Shown: positions 28,168 through 42,181 of the stretch, piece after piece | Numbering within the stretch: the first letter of the stretch is position 1 | How the letters are laid out: each line of letters begins with the position of its first letter | Source: Octopus sinensis | Taxonomy: Eukaryota | Reading direction: 5' to 3' | NCBI RefSeq assembly: GCF_006345805.1 | Contig: NC_042998.1 | Span: 86,676,001-86,740,000 of the forward strand | Length of the DNA: 64,000 bases | Program-made: the position numbers and the translations under genes | Notes under the pieces: generated by a model | The model's database searches: none | Told to the model about the DNA's origin: nothing | Seen by the model: only the letters and a program-made list of their open reading frames with translations

Positions 28168-28254
28168 GATTTTCCAGTAAACAATACAATACCAAATTTG
28201 CAGATAACAGCTATTGATGCTGATTACAATCCCATTCAAGAATATTCTTTGATA
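28168..28254 (+). CDS. Cadherin gene, 87-nt exon: DFPVNNTIPNLQITAIDADYNPIQEYSLI
   Basis: Acceptor ttttttttgcAG, donor GTAAGG. Contains the AxDxD motif and YSL, continuing PE-DFPV from the previous exon. Confidence 0.92.
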
Positions 28255-29759
28255 GTAAGGATACTGGTTTATTTTTTGCTTTATACTCACAAGTCATTCA
28301 ATGTATTTTAACATGAATGTAACTAAATTAAGTCAACCTGTTCTTTAGGCAGTTTCACTTTCCCAAGATGATTCTTAATGCAATTTACTGAGACCAAATT
28401 CATAGGTTACTGCTTTGATACACAGCCTTCATAACTGATATGTAATCATAAGAATTGCTTCATGCTTGTGTTTAGTCTAAGTTGGTCTCAATGGTTTAAG
28501 TCTACTTAACAGTAGATAGTTACCATGGACATGGGGACATGGGTTGCATTGTTTACTGATGTAACCTGATGATTTTGTTTGTTGTCTGCAGTTCTGAGTT
28601 AATTTCCTCTGGTTAGCAGGCAATTTTAAATACAGTGAAACTTAATCCTAAAAGAGATTTAGCTTTTACCTACATAATGTTATAGAAACAACAATGGAAC
28701 ATTTGCTCTGTGGAGTCTTGAACTACAAAAATGAAGATGAATAATTTGCTCAGCCAAATTTTGATACACCTATCTCTGTCCCTCTATACTTTTAATCACT
28801 CAAATGGCACAAAGCTGCACCCAGTCAATACTATTTCTCCCAGCATGGAAAACAGACTTTGAATAATGATGATGATGATGATATCTATGTATATGGTTCA
28901 TATATGTATGTGTGTGTCTAGACACACATATAATTGTCTGTAAAGTCACAAGAGGGACTGAAGGATGACAAGTTTAGTGCATGTCATATATCAGATTAAC
29001 TTAAATATCATGAATCCACTCTTTATATTGGAATGATTGATCAAATATTGTTTTAAGCTGGACATTTAGACACATGCACACACTTCTATCACTTTTTCTT
29101 GCCATTCCATATACCTCACTAATTTTCTTCTCTTACTGAAGCAGAAAAATAATTTCCTTCCTTGTACAGTTGTTACTTTTTCTTTTTCCATTTTTTTTCT
29201 CATTTCATCTCTCACTTCTGTATTAACACCATTTCGCACCAATACCCTTATACACACTATTTACATTCCTCCTACCTTCTTTCCACCCTCACACTTGCAC
29301 TCACTGCTACCTCCTCGCTTCTATATTTTACTTGCTCACAATATAATTACTCATGTACACCAACCATCCACACATCTCCACTATCCCATGCCATTACATC
29401 CAACACTTATATTTTGCCAATATAAGAAATTATTATTAGTATAATTTTTTGATTGATAACTAGATCTTTTGGGTTACTTGTCAAATGTCTGGTAATAACA
29501 TGTTACAAAAGCTGTCATGAAGGTTTCTCAAAGTTTTTTTCAATTTTATTAAGGCCTTATAAGTTAAAAACAGATTTAGTTTTGTCTTATTAAATAAGTT
29601 GTTGTAGCAAATAATATTCATAACTGCCTGAAAACCAACTCTTTTAATGCACACCTCTGAGTTTCATTGTCTTAAAATATCTTCTCATCTTAAAAAATGT
29701 CTTTTGTATTATTCCTGTTATTCACTATTCTTATAAATGTTTATTTGTTTCAATTTCAG

Positions 29760-29771
29760 CCTGCTGGCCAG
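29760..29771 (+). CDS. Candidate 12-nt microexon (PAGQ) of the cadherin gene
   Basis: tttatttgtttcaatttcAG|CCTGCTGGCCAG|GTGAGT. Strong acceptor and donor, phase 0/0, frame-preserving. No transcript evidence. Confidence 0.45.
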
Positions 29772-29779
29772 GTGAGTTT

Positions 29780-31000
29780 AACTTTGATTTGATATTTATT
29801 CTAATGTCTTCCATGATGGTATCCATAATGGTATCAAATATGCTCTTAGAATCTACTTGAAATCAACTCTTTGGGGAAATATAAAATTTGTTGAAGTTGA
29901 AATTTGCTGGTGATTTTTGTTCCTCTGGCAAGACCTGTGTTGTTGGTGTTTTGTAGCTACTGTGGTAGTGATTGTGGTCAACACGTCTGCTTTTGTTGGC
30001 GTTGTTGTCTCTCATGTAGTATTTGCTGTTGGTGTTTTTGCTGGAGACCTCTCTGCTTTCTTTTCTTGGGGTTGCCTCTGTAGTTGGGGTTGCTTCAGTT
30101 GTTTGTGGTGTGAGTGGTGCTTGTATCAAGGGGGTAGTGTACTCCTTCTGTTTTAGTCATGGGCAAAAGGCTTTCAGGTGGTTATTTTGTCCACATTGAT
30201 AGCATCTTGGCCTTCTGTCCTCAACAGTGACGTTCAGCATAGTGCCATCTACAAGGCTGAGTTGATCAGCAATTTGTTTCAAAATGTCTTGGTTTATTTA
30301 GATCATTATTTGAAATTTCTGACCAGTCCTGTTGCTTTTTCATTATTTCTTGACTTGGATAATTCTGATTTTATCCTCCTAGTCAAGAAGGACAGCCATG
30401 ACAATTCAGCAAACATTCATTTCTGATAGTATCTCCAGTATTTTTATCTTGGTGACACTCTGTCCCAAGTATGTTTGAACTAGGATAAGTTCACTGTTTC
30501 TCAGTCGGGCTGTTGAATGCTGTTTTGCTATGCCTTCTGTAGCAAATCTGACTTCAGTTGTGTCATATTTCTTACTTCTCACCAGATAAGTTACGTCTTT
30601 TCAAATGGGTTGCAAGCATTTTTCAACTGCTTGCTTTCTGGCAGTTTCTATACATCTATTTTTTAATGATATAGTTTTGTACACTATGGCATGTTTGTTC
30701 ATTTTCTCTGATGGTGTGTTTATCAAAATGCTTCTTTTGCTTTTTCTTTTTAAAATGTTTCTGTGAGAGCTTCTACTGAAATATTTATAAACTCATTGCT
30801 TGGTTTTGCTATTGAACTGAGAAACCTTGGCTGTTTAATGCATTGGGTTGCTGTTGTTGTTGTTGGGTGTTCAATGTCTTAGAGTTAGTGGTGGTAGTGG
30901 GAGCGCTTGGATTCACAGATTTTGCGACTCTAGTAGCATCCATTAACTGAATTTCCTTGCTCTTTTCTCCTTTTTTTCTCATTTCTTTTCTTCTTTTTCC
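29780..31000 (-). mobile_element. Old Tx1-like ORF1 relic with no adjacent ORF2
   Basis: My manual translation gives VEKCLQPI*KDVTYLVRSKKYDTTEVRFATE (about 30540-30630) and VTVEDRRPRCYQCGQNNHLKAFCP (30160-30230, CCHC). Both are homologous to the ORF1s at 55281-63815. Boundaries are approximate. Confidence 0.75.
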
Positions 31001-31404
31001 TTCTGATGCTCAATGTTGCACATGCTAGCAAGACTTTGGTCTTCCCTCTCTCTGCCTTTCTAGGCATGGAGTGGGCAGAGACAGTTAATATTTACATTTT
31101 TTGTCTGTCTTCCAACAACAGAGGGAGGAAGTCAAAAAGAAAGGAAGAGCAGACACTCTTCTCCAAGGCTATTTTTACAAATTTTAAAAATCGAAAAATG
31201 AAAACTTAGAGATTTTAAACTGAAAATTCGCCCTTAAAGTGGAAAAGTCTCACCTAACCGCTCAGCTCAGAAATGTTGGCCTGGCCACAGAAATGTTGTA
31301 AAAAATTTTCAGATACAACAATATTATCTGCAAAAATTGCACAAAAACTTGCAGTTCACAAACACATGTCCCCCCTCTTTGAAATCCATGAGCAGAGTCC
31401 CAAT

Positions 31405-31405
31405 C

Positions 31406-31442
<37 letters not shown>

Positions 31443-31576
31443 TAATAATAACAATAATAATAATGATAATAATGATAATAATAATAATAATAACAATAAT
31501 GATAATAATGATAATAATAATGATGATAATAATAATAATAATAATAATAATAAGAAGAAGAAGAAGAAGAAGAAGA
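31405..31576. repeat. Compound (AAT/AAC/GAT)n-(AAG)n microsatellite
   Basis: Direct inspection. Confidence 0.95.
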
Positions 31577-34500
31577 ATTTGAAGACCACGTGTTTGTTGA
31601 ACAACACAGAAAATCTGTCATTAAAATGAAGCAAGAAGTTCTGAATGAGCTTGCAGTTGTAGGGCATACAACTATGAATGATAGGGAACCACTCTATAAA
31701 CTCTCAAATGTACACCAACATAAAACACAAATAAAAATTGGCAACTGCATTACACAAGAAATCATACACCAACTAAAACCCGATCTTAATAAATTAAATG
31801 AAATTATTTACTCTGTCGCTAAGGTAATCCAAAGATGCTGTTTAACACCCAAAAAGGCAACAATACCAAATTTGAAAAGAAAATCAAACTAGAGGAGTAG
31901 AATTGAAACTGAAATTGAATCATTGTGAAGGGAGATATCAATATTAACTGAGCGAATCTCTGGAAATGATGTAAGATGAAGAAAAAGCAGGAAGATTGTG
32001 AGAAAATATGGACACTCAACAAGAGAACTAATGTCAGCGAAAGAAACACTTAAATAAAAAGTTCAAGCAAAATCTCAGAGAATACGCAAATTTGAGAAAA
32101 GAATCAAATTCTACAAACAAAATAAGATGTTCAAATCCAATGCCAAATCATTTTACAGGGGAATAGGGAAAGAAAAAATAACCATTGAAAATCCACCCCT
32201 AATGGAAGAAGTTGAAAACTTTTGGAAGGGGATCTGAAGTGATGAGAAACCATACAATGAAAATGCAGAGTGGATCAAACGCACCCAAGTTGACTACAAA
32301 AATCTACAAGAACAGGTATGGGAAGACATCTCAATCGCCGACCTAAGGAGAGCACTAACGAAGGCTCATAAGTGGAAATCCCCTGGTATTCATAGAGTAC
32401 CAAATTTCTGGCTCTCATCCGCACACAAAATGTTAGTAATACTATTTAATAGTATTATGAAAGACCCGAAAAAAACACCACATTGGATGGCAAATGGTAT
32501 TACTTACCTCCTCCCCCAAAATAACAAAACGAAAGAACCAAAAAACTACTGGCCTATAACATGTTTATCTACTACCTATAAAATTTTGACATCTATTCTA
32601 GTAGAGAAAGCATATACGTCTATGGAAGAGAATAACCTCTTTCCCACTGAACAAAAAGGATGCAGACGAGGCTCATACGGATGCAAAGATCAGCTCCTAA
32701 TTAATCGCATGATCCTTGAGAACTGCCATAACAAGCACAGAAATCTCAGCTCTTCATGGATTGATTATAAAAAGGCCTTTGACAGCACCGCATTTGTGGA
32801 TTCTGAAATTGCTGGGCATTTTCAAAATTTCTCCTGTGATTTCAGATTTTTTAAAGTATAATATGTCACTATGGAACACGAAGCTCCAATTATATCATTC
32901 TAATGGAGTATTGCGCTCAAACAACATTAGCAGAAACTGTGGAATTTTCCAAGGTGACTCACTTTCACCACTAATTTTCTGCATGGCACTAATACCACTC
33001 TCAAGTGAACTGAATAGAACAGGATATGGCTACAAAATTGACAACAGGAAAATAAGCCATCTATTTTATATGGATGATTTAAAGCTATATGGCAAAAATG
33101 ATGAAGAGCATGAAGGATTATTACATACCGTGAAAGGATTCAGTGATGATATCGGGATGGAGTTTGGCCTTGAAAAGTGTGCCAAAGCCACTTTTAAGAA
33201 AGGGAACTTGGTAAAATCTAGTTCAATCGAATTAGATGTCAAACAGTAATAAAGGAACTTGAGCAGGAAGAAACCTACAAATACCTAGGAATAAATGAAG
33301 GCTCTGGTATCCAGCATGAAAGAGAAGGTTAGGAAGGAATGTTATAGAAGAGTTTGAGCAGTCCTGAAGTCTGAACTGAATGCATATAATAAGGTGTTAG
33401 CCATAAATTCCTTAGCAGTACCAGTTGTTCTTTATAGCTTCAATGTGCTTAACTGGAATACCAGTGAAATAATGAAAATTGACAGAAAGATCCGCAAGCT
33501 ACTGACTTGTAATAAGATGCACCATCCAAAGGCAGACGTGGATTGCCTTTACCTTCCCAGAGCTCAGGGAGGTTGTGGTTTGATCCAGCTTGAACTTACA
33601 TACAAAACCACCGCAATCGGACTGGCCAAATACCTTGAAGCAACCAACGATTGGATGCTAAAATTTGTTGAAAAACATGAAAGACTGAAAAGACTTTACT
33701 CTATTCTCAAAGAGAGCAAAACATTCGCTGCTGATCTCTTAGATACCCACCAGATTGATTAGGCTGAAGGAGATGCGCCAACTGCAGCTGCAAAGAAAAG
33801 AAAATTAATTGCAAAGACAAAAGCGCATGAAAATTTAGCTAGGAGATGGGAACAGAAACCTCTCCATGGCAAGTATGTGGCCCATAGCAAACAAGCTGAT
33901 GTTGACTAGAAACACACGCACCAATGGTTACGAAGCTCAGGGCTAAAAGCAGAGAGTGAAGGTTTCATATTAGTTGCTCAAGACCAAAGCTTATTAACCC
34001 GGAACTACCAAGCCAATGTGATAAAAAATGGAGCCGACCCAAAATGCAGATTCTGTAACGATGAGATTGAAACAATAGACCACCTAATCTCAGGGTGTAG
34101 AGTCTTAGCACCTGCAGAATTTAAAGCAAGACATGACAGAGTCGGCCAGTATTTACATTGGACAATATGTCAGTATTATAAAATAAAAACCGCTGACAAA
34201 TGGTATAACCACCATCCTGGAGCTGTGACTGAGGGAGAAAATGTGTCGATTCTATGGGACTTCCCCATACAGACCGACAAGACTATAAAAGCTAATAAAC
34301 CGGATATTATTATAAAAGATTAGACAAAAAAGATGTTTATTAATTGACATGAGCATCCCTTGCAATCACAATATAGCAGCAAAAGAATTTGACAAGATTT
34401 GTAAATATAAAGACCTGCTAATAGAAATTGACAAAATGTGGCATCTCTAGGAATGATAAAAAAATGTACTGAAACCTATTTGAAAATGATTCCAGGTTTA

Positions 34501-34744
34501 CCATCCCTACAGGACGTGCAAAAATTCGTATTAACTGGAACGGCTCATGTACTGAGAAGAGCATTATCGCTGTGAAAACAACATCCATCCATGAACTTAT
34601 TTATTTATAAATTTTTAAATACATATTTTATCTGTGAATTTGCATGTGTAATCTGGGAATGCATACAATGAGCTACTCTGCCCTAGGTGTATGGAAAACA
34701 CTCGGCAAGAAACGGAAGAAAATTTGAAGAAAGGAGGAAAAAAC
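31577..34744 (+). mobile_element. R4/Dong-clade element, third subfamily, decayed
   Basis: QGDSLSP, YMDDLKLY, CRFCNDEIETIDHLISGC, RHD and KPDIII motifs. Bounded by 31405-31576 and (TAA)n at 34745-34812. Confidence 0.9.
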
Positions 34745-34758
34745 ATAATAATAATAAC

Positions 34759-34813
<55 letters not shown>

Positions 34814-35144
34814 TGTTTCTTTATTAGCCACACAGGGCTGAACACAGAGGGGACAAAATACAAAGTAGAGCTTTTCTTTTTGGGGAGAAAAAAAATGGGG
34901 GTAGGTTTTTGACCAAAAGGGATCATAAAAAAAACGATCAATAAGTATCATGTATCACAGAAATATCATGATGTAAAGTGTAAAGGGAGAAACAGATAAG
35001 GTTTATCCATGGAAAGAAAAGCCTATGGAAAAGACCATGTTAACCTTGGTCAATAATGTCACATATTAACACATTTATTTGCAAGTAAGTAAATCTCTGT
35101 TTTAAATTTTCCTGGGTTCATAGGATTATGCTCAAGGTGGCTTC

Positions 35145-37436
35145 ATCATTCATACGTGTCATCCTTGCTACATTCACCCATTTTTTTGAAACATTCACTA
35201 GACAAAACTTGCCTCTCTACTCTCACTTTGCTTTTCAAGTGATACTTGAAGAAGTTGATGAGAGATTGACCAGAGAGGAAAGTGCTTGTCTCTAATCCTT
35301 TCAGACACGTCCACCAGATACATTGTTTCGCCATAGTCACAAGTATGATGAAAATAGCTCTTCCTTCCCATTTGAAGGAAGGAGGCGTGATGATATTGAT
35401 GATAGACTTGGCTGATAAACTGACTCATCCCACACGTGACAGCAGTCATTCGACATAAGCTCACAGGTCGGAAATGGTTGGACACTGCACGAGTGCGTGC
35501 AGAATGGTTTCATCACTCTGACCGCATCTCGGGCAGGTTGGCCCCGTGTTTCTCGAGCCATGTCTATAGAGCTTATCCCGAACGGGTAGTGCTTTTCGGT
35601 AGCACTGACAGGCCAGGGATCTCTGGAAGTTGTCCATAGGTCCTAGCCCAAAAGTCGTCTTGAACAGGCAGGTCAGGTATTCCTTGTTGACGCCCAGGTT
35701 TGCCCTGAGATCATCGTCGTGCCTCCCCTTCACTAATAGAATGCTTTGGTTGTATTGAAGTTGCTCAAGATCGACCCGCGATGGCATAGTTGCTTGAGAG
35801 CAACGCGATACTTGTGGTGCCATTCGCCCTTCCTCGGCCTCTCTTTTTGATCCACGACTGCAGTTTGGACATGGAGATGAGCTGCGGGAAAGCGTGCCTC
35901 ACAAACGGTGACCACACCTGTTCACCATCGTCTATGTAGAGCCGGGGGTGTCGCAGTCTCAGCGCATGTCTGTGCATTATCAACCACGGCATGCCCAGCC
36001 CTCCTTTTAATGGGTGTTGACAACAAATGGATTGCCTGACCATCGGGATGCATCTTTTCCACAAGAAGCAGAAGAGAATGCATTCTAGTTTGGTGATGGT
36101 AGGGTCGGGACAAGGCATGACGGTCAGGCAGTAGTAGATGATGGATGCGATGTATGTGTTTGCCACCTCTGCACAACCTTTTAGAGACAGTTTCCTCTCG
36201 GCCCATTATCAGGCGAGAGTGACCACCCTACTCATTATCTTGTTCCAGTTCTTCTCCATTTGGAGGTCCGGAACAAACCAGACCTCGAGCAACTCGACCG
36301 GACCATCAATCCAGTGTCCTATGATGGAGGCGCTGGTGGACGGCATGGGCTTGGTTCTCCATGTACCGAGCTGCAAGCTCACTAACTTTTCTCGGATGAT
36401 TATTGCTCCTTTACCACTTCGTAGTCTTTCAGTGTCTCACCGACCAGCTCCATGTGCTTGTGGCTAGACACTATGATGGTGACATCGTCCGCGTATGCAG
36501 ACATGCTTGTCCCGCATCCCAATTCTCGCAGGATGCCCCTCAGAGTCACCAGAGTCAATACGTATAGAAGTGATGAGAGGGGGGCATCCCTGACGGACCG
36601 AATGTGCAATGTCAAAAGGTCTCGATAGATGTCCATTTATGCAAATTACTGAATGAATGCCTCTGTACAAAGCAGCTATCCAGCTGCAGAAGACGGGACC
36701 AAAACCAGCCTCTTTGAGGACAGCCTCCAAATATTGATGGTCTACCCTATTGAAAGCTTTCAATTGTTCCAAATTGATCTGGGCCCTACCCGTGCCAGGT
36801 TCCTTAACTACCTTGTATATGATGTAGCACATCAGTTGTCATGGATGATGCGTCCTGGCACGGCGCACTTTTGTGCCTTGTTGTCGAGTTTCTCGATGAC
36901 AAGGCCAACCTCTTGGCTAACACCTTGACCAAAATTTTCAAGTCTGCATTAAGTAGAGTGATGGGCCTAAAGTTATCTATTACGTCCCCTTTGTTTAGAT
37001 CTTTCTTCAGCAGTGTTATGGCTCCTCGGCTCACAAAACCAGGGATGCTCCCGTTTTGCTGCGCGTTGCAGTAAACTACTGCCAAGAAATCTCCAAACAA
37101 GTCTGGCATACAACTGTAAAGCTCATAGGATAGACCATCCAAACCTGGCGATTTGTCCCTCGAGCAATCTGCCATCGTGTCCCGCACTTCCGCCACCATG
37201 ATGGCACCTTCGCAGTGCCCTGCCTCTCTTGTCAAGAGTCATGGCAGGCTATGTATGTAGGTACTGAAGTCCACCCTGCGTTCTCTCCTGCCACTCGTCC
37301 CGAACTGTTGGGCAAAATTCTGTTGAAAAGCCTCACACATTTTACTTGGCTTGAGTAATTCATGCCCCTGTTCACCTACCAGAGACCGAATTGTAGCTTT
37401 GTTGCCTTGTTGCACCTCTGCCACCTGGGCCTCTTA
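35145..37436 (-). mobile_element. Decayed Tx1/L1-like ORF2 (RT + C-terminal CCHC), 5'-truncated
   Basis: DNFRPITLLNADLKIL, SAYADDVTII and CPRCGQSDETILHALVQC. Many frameshifts. Confidence 0.85.
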
Positions 37437-37496
37437 TGTGGTTCCAAATAATAATGACAATAATAATAATAATAATAATAACAACAACACCAACAC

Positions 37497-37920
37497 CAGA
37501 TATTCTGCTCAAAACCACAAATTTGCGTGTTAGTTGTTTGACCTTAATCAGGTGAGCATGTCCATAGTGGCTGACGATATGTGCATCTCTGATCACAAGC
37601 AGAGTAATGGGGGAGCATCATAAGCATGTTTTGAGATGGATTCTTTAGGGGCTTGAATAATTCACCCCTGGAAACAAAGGTATTTTTATTTGTCATCCTT
37701 AGACCACCCTTATATAGGAACTTTTGAGCAGGAATGACTAATTGATCTGAAAAAAATTCTAACTTGGTTCCATCTGCAAGACCATGTACTGTCTATTGTG
37801 AAATGAGGTCACCATGTTCCACACAATTGGTTGTGATGCATATAATTGGTGTACCCTTATCAGGTGCGTTGTCATGATGAGTATATTGCTTTTTCCATAT
37901 TTGTACCCCAGCATCACTTT
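37497..37920. repeat. ~520-bp interspersed repeat, copy 3 (partial)
   Basis: Colinear with the downstream part of copies 1 and 2; preceded by (AAT)n. Confidence 0.7.
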
Positions 37921-37934
37921 GGCATATACTGTTC

Positions 37935-38765
37935 ATCATCATCATCACTTAACGTCTGCTTTCCATGCTGGTATGGGTTGGACGATTTGACTGAAAACTG
38001 GTGAGCTGCGGGGCTGCACTAGGTTCCAGTCTGATTTTGCAGGGTTTCTACTACTGGATGCCTTTCCTAATGCCAACCACTCAGAGAGAGTAGTGGGTGC
38101 TTTTTACGTGCTACTGGATGGGTGCCATTGACCTGACATCAGTATCACTCACAATTATGATCTTAATTGGCTTGACAGGTTAACATAAGCACTGTATATT
38201 GCCAAGGGTCTTGGTCACCTGACACTGCCTCCATGGGGTCCAATGCATGAATGTTGCTTTTTATATGCCACCGGCATGGATGCCAGTCAGATGGCATTGG
38301 TATTGGTCACGACTCTGATTTCATTCAGTTCAACAGGTTTTCACAAACACAGCATATTGCCCAGTGATTGAAGGGTGCTTTTAATGGGCCACTTAAATGA
38401 CATTGGCATCAGCCATGACTATGGTCTCACTTGGGTCTTCTCAAGCATGGCATATCGTCAAAGTCTTGGTCATTTGTCATTGTTTCTGTGAGGCCCAGCA
38501 TTTGAAGATTATGCATCACTACCTCATCCCACGTCTTCCTGGGTCTATCACTTCCACAGGTTCCCTCCATCATTAGAGTGCAACATTTCTTCACACAGTT
38601 GTCCTCATCCATACACATCACATGACCATATCAGTGCAGTCATCTGTCTTGCACACCACATCTGATGCTTCTTATGTCCAACTGTTATCTCAGGAGTGCT
38701 TGCACTCTGTTATGCACACACACTGACATTACACATCCAATGGAGCATACTAGCTTCATTTCTTT
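37935..38765 (-). mobile_element. RTE-clade 3' fragment with (GAT)n tail
   Basis: MDEDNCVKKC..GSDRPRKTWDEVV. The tail reads as (CAT)n on the + strand at about 37935. Confidence 0.75.
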
Positions 38766-38816
38766 CAATGTTGTTATTATTATTTGTTGTTGTTGTTGTT
38801 GTTATTATTATTATTA

Positions 38817-38848
<32 letters not shown>

Positions 38849-38850
38849 GT

Positions 38851-41800
38851 TCAGTAGTTTTATTTTTATTGCATGCTTTCACTTCACTACCGAGCGCAGC
38901 TCTGTGTGCCTTGGGTATGTGCTGTGATTTGTTGTGATGCTCTGATGGTTATTGTATGGAAAGTGTTCTGCGTAGGATGTGTGCAGTGCCTAGTAGTGCA
39001 ATTTTCTGTATGTTATATGTGTTTGTAAGTCCTGGTGTTTTTGTTATGTATTTATCGGAATATTTTTTTATCATGCCTCATGCACCTACTATGATAGGAA
39101 TTGTTTCTTTTTTTTTTATTCCACATTCTGGTTACCTCTATTTCCAGGTCTTTGTATTTTGAAAGTTTCTCCATTTCTTTTAGAGATACATTGTCATCTG
39201 CCGGTATTGATACATCAATTAGAAAGCATTTTTTTTTTTATGATCTCTGACAACTATATCTGGTCTGTTGGCATTAATTTCTCTATCTGTGTGTTTCGGC
39301 ATATCCCAGAGTATGGTTGCTTTCTCGTTTTCTGTGACCTTTTCTGGTGTGTGCCTATACCATCTTTTTTCTGTTGTTATTCCATAATGTTGGCATAGCT
39401 TCCAGTGTATGTAGGTTCCAACTCTGTCATGTCTGTGAATATATTCCTTCTTAGCCAGGACTGGGCAGCCAGAGATAATATGATTTATTGTTTCTTGTCC
39501 ATCTCCACATATTCTGCAGTTACTTGTTATATTTCTTTTCATTACATGTTTTTGGTAATTTCTGGTGGGGAAGCTTTGGTCTTGTGCTGCAATTAAAAAT
39601 CCCTCTGTCTCTGCTTTGAGTCCTGAGCTTCCCAACCATTGCTGGGATTTTTCTTTGTCTATTTATTTGCATTTAGTTTAGTGCAGTATTTACCATGAAG
39701 GGGCTTTTCTTGCCATCATTTTATCATGGTTCTTTGCTGTTCTATTTTTAGTTTGGATTTCATTTGTTTTATAGCTTTTGTTGTTTCTTCTTCTTCTTCT
39801 TCTTCTTCTTCTTCTTCTTCTTCTTCTTCATATTTATTAGGTGGTATGATTTCTTGTTTGTATTTGTCAGCTTCCTTAAATACTGAGAACAGTTTTTTGT
39901 TTTGCTCGTGTTTTGCCGCTATTTGTATCAGTTTTCCTTCCTTCTGAAGTAGATATTTTTGCAGTCCTATGGTGGTTATTTAATAGTAGTTTTTCAGCTG
40001 TATAAGGCCTCTACCACCTTCTATACGTTGTATATATAGTCTTTCTATGTTAGATTTTGGGTGATGCATCCTAGATCCTGTCATTATTTTTCTTGTTTTC
40101 CTATCTATTTTGGTCAGTTCATTTAGTGTCCAGTTAAGGATATTGTAGCTGTAACTTATAACTGGGACAGCTAAAGTGTTAATACCTATTATCTTGTTTT
40201 TAGTATTGAGCTCTGTTTTTAGTATTGATCTAACTCGTCTATAATATTCTTTTTTTATTTTCTCTTTCATTTGTGTGTGTTGTGTCTTATCTAGTTCATG
40301 GATTCCTAAGTATTTGTAAGTTTGGCTTTGGTCTAATTCTTTTATTTCATTGGTTTTATCTAGTGCGATGTTGCTACTCTTTACTAGTTTTCCTTTTTTC
40401 AGGGTTACTTTGGCGCATTTTTCTAATCCAAATTTCATATCTATTTCTTTGGTAAATCCATGAACTGTCTTTAATAGTGTTTCCAGCTGTTTGTCATTTG
40501 CAGCGTATAGTTTTAGGTCATCCATATATAAAAGGTGGCTGATCGTTTTGCCGTAACATTTATATCCGCATCCAGTTCTATTTAGCATATCAGATAGAGG
40601 TGACAGTGCCAAGCAGAAAAGGAGTGGAGAGAGCGTGTGTCCCTGGAATATTCCTCTTCTAATGGGGATGTCTTTGGTTTTCATGAGTTCCTCTTTTGTT
40701 TGGAGGTGTAGGACTGTTTGCCATTTATTCATAGAGTGCCCTATGAATTTTGTGATTGTTGGTGCTACTTTGTTAATGGCTAGTGTTTCGAGGATCCATG
40801 TGTGGGGGATGCTATCAAACGTCTTTTTGTAGTCGATCCAGGCCATACTGAGGCCTTTTTTCTTTCTGTGGCTGTCTTCAGTTATGGCTTTATTAATCAT
40901 TAGTTGATCTTTACAGCCATATGAGCCTTTGCGGCATCCTTTCTGCTCTTCTGGAAACAGGTTGTTTTCGTCCAGGTGCTTGTTCAACCTTTGCGATATC
41001 ACTGCAGTAAATGCCTTGTACATTGTAGGGAGACAGGTTATTGATCTGTAGTTTTCTGGTTTTGCTGTCTCATTTGATTTGGGAATTAAGATGGTTTTCC
41101 CCTTCGTGAGCCATTCAGGCATTGTCTCTGGCTCTGCTAGTATGCTGTTAAAGTTTTCAGCCAGCTTTTTGTGCATTCCTGTTTGATATTTCAACCAGAA
41201 GTTGGGGATCTTGTCATGCCCAGGTGCCTTCCAGTTGCTTAGTCTTTGCAGTGCCTGGGTGACCTCTTCAGTTGTTATGGGGGTCAAAAGTTGCTCAGAT
41301 GCTGATTTTGTTGTTTTAATACTCCTTTTTTTTTGGTTGTTCGTTTGCCAACCATATTTCTCTCCAGAATCCTTCCATTTCTTCTGCCATTGGTGCTGCA
41401 GTGATATCTATTTTATTTTTGCCAAGTTCTTGGTAGAACTTTTTGGGGTTGGAGTTGAACTTTTTGTTTTGTTCAAAGAAGCGCTGCCGTTTCTCGTACT
41501 GGTGGATCCTGTGTGCTTTGGCAAGGATATCTTGCTTCAGCTTTCCTTTTATCTCAGGTAAATCGTTTTCTGTGATGTTATATTTGTGGAGTATTTTTGC
41601 TTTCCTTTTGTTGCTCAGTAGCGTTGATTGTCTACTGATTTCATTAAGAATCGACAGATCTTTTCTCATTTTTTGTATTTTGTTTTGGATGTTATTTATC
41701 CACAGGGTTTGTTTGGGTGGTAGTGCTCCTGTTTGGATGGGTTTGAGTGAGTATCCAGGTTCTTTTGTGGCTGCAGTGGCTGCTGCGTATACTAAGTCAT

Positions 41801-42181
41801 TTAGCTCAGTGATATCGCTTTTTGTTTCAGTGGCTATCAGTTCCGTGACAGCTAGGTTTTTGCTGTTTATAATTGGTGTTGTTGTTTTGTCTATTTTGAT
41901 TTTTGGGAGGTATGGTTGGTGGTCCATTTTGAGCTCTGTGGTTTTCAGTTCTTTGATTATTTTACTTTTTATATTATCATAATCATTAGGCTCCCTTGCG
42001 TTGTTTCCAGGTTTTAGATTTGTGTCGCTTTCTTTCTTATTTATATGTTTGTTTGTCGTGTTTTGGCTTGCTGTTTGTCGTGTATTATTATGCATCCTTA
42101 CGATCTGGGTTTGTTGTTTTTTTGTTTACATCGTGTTTGTTGGGAATGTTACGTTTGTCTTCGTGTTTTACTGTTTCAGTG

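Noticed and set aside
31262-31667. ORFs rich in poly-Y, I, N or L here and at 2304-2745, 9389-9627, 13872-14298, 16806-17163, 34615-34951 and 42001-42276
   Set aside because: They are translations of microsatellites with no domain content.
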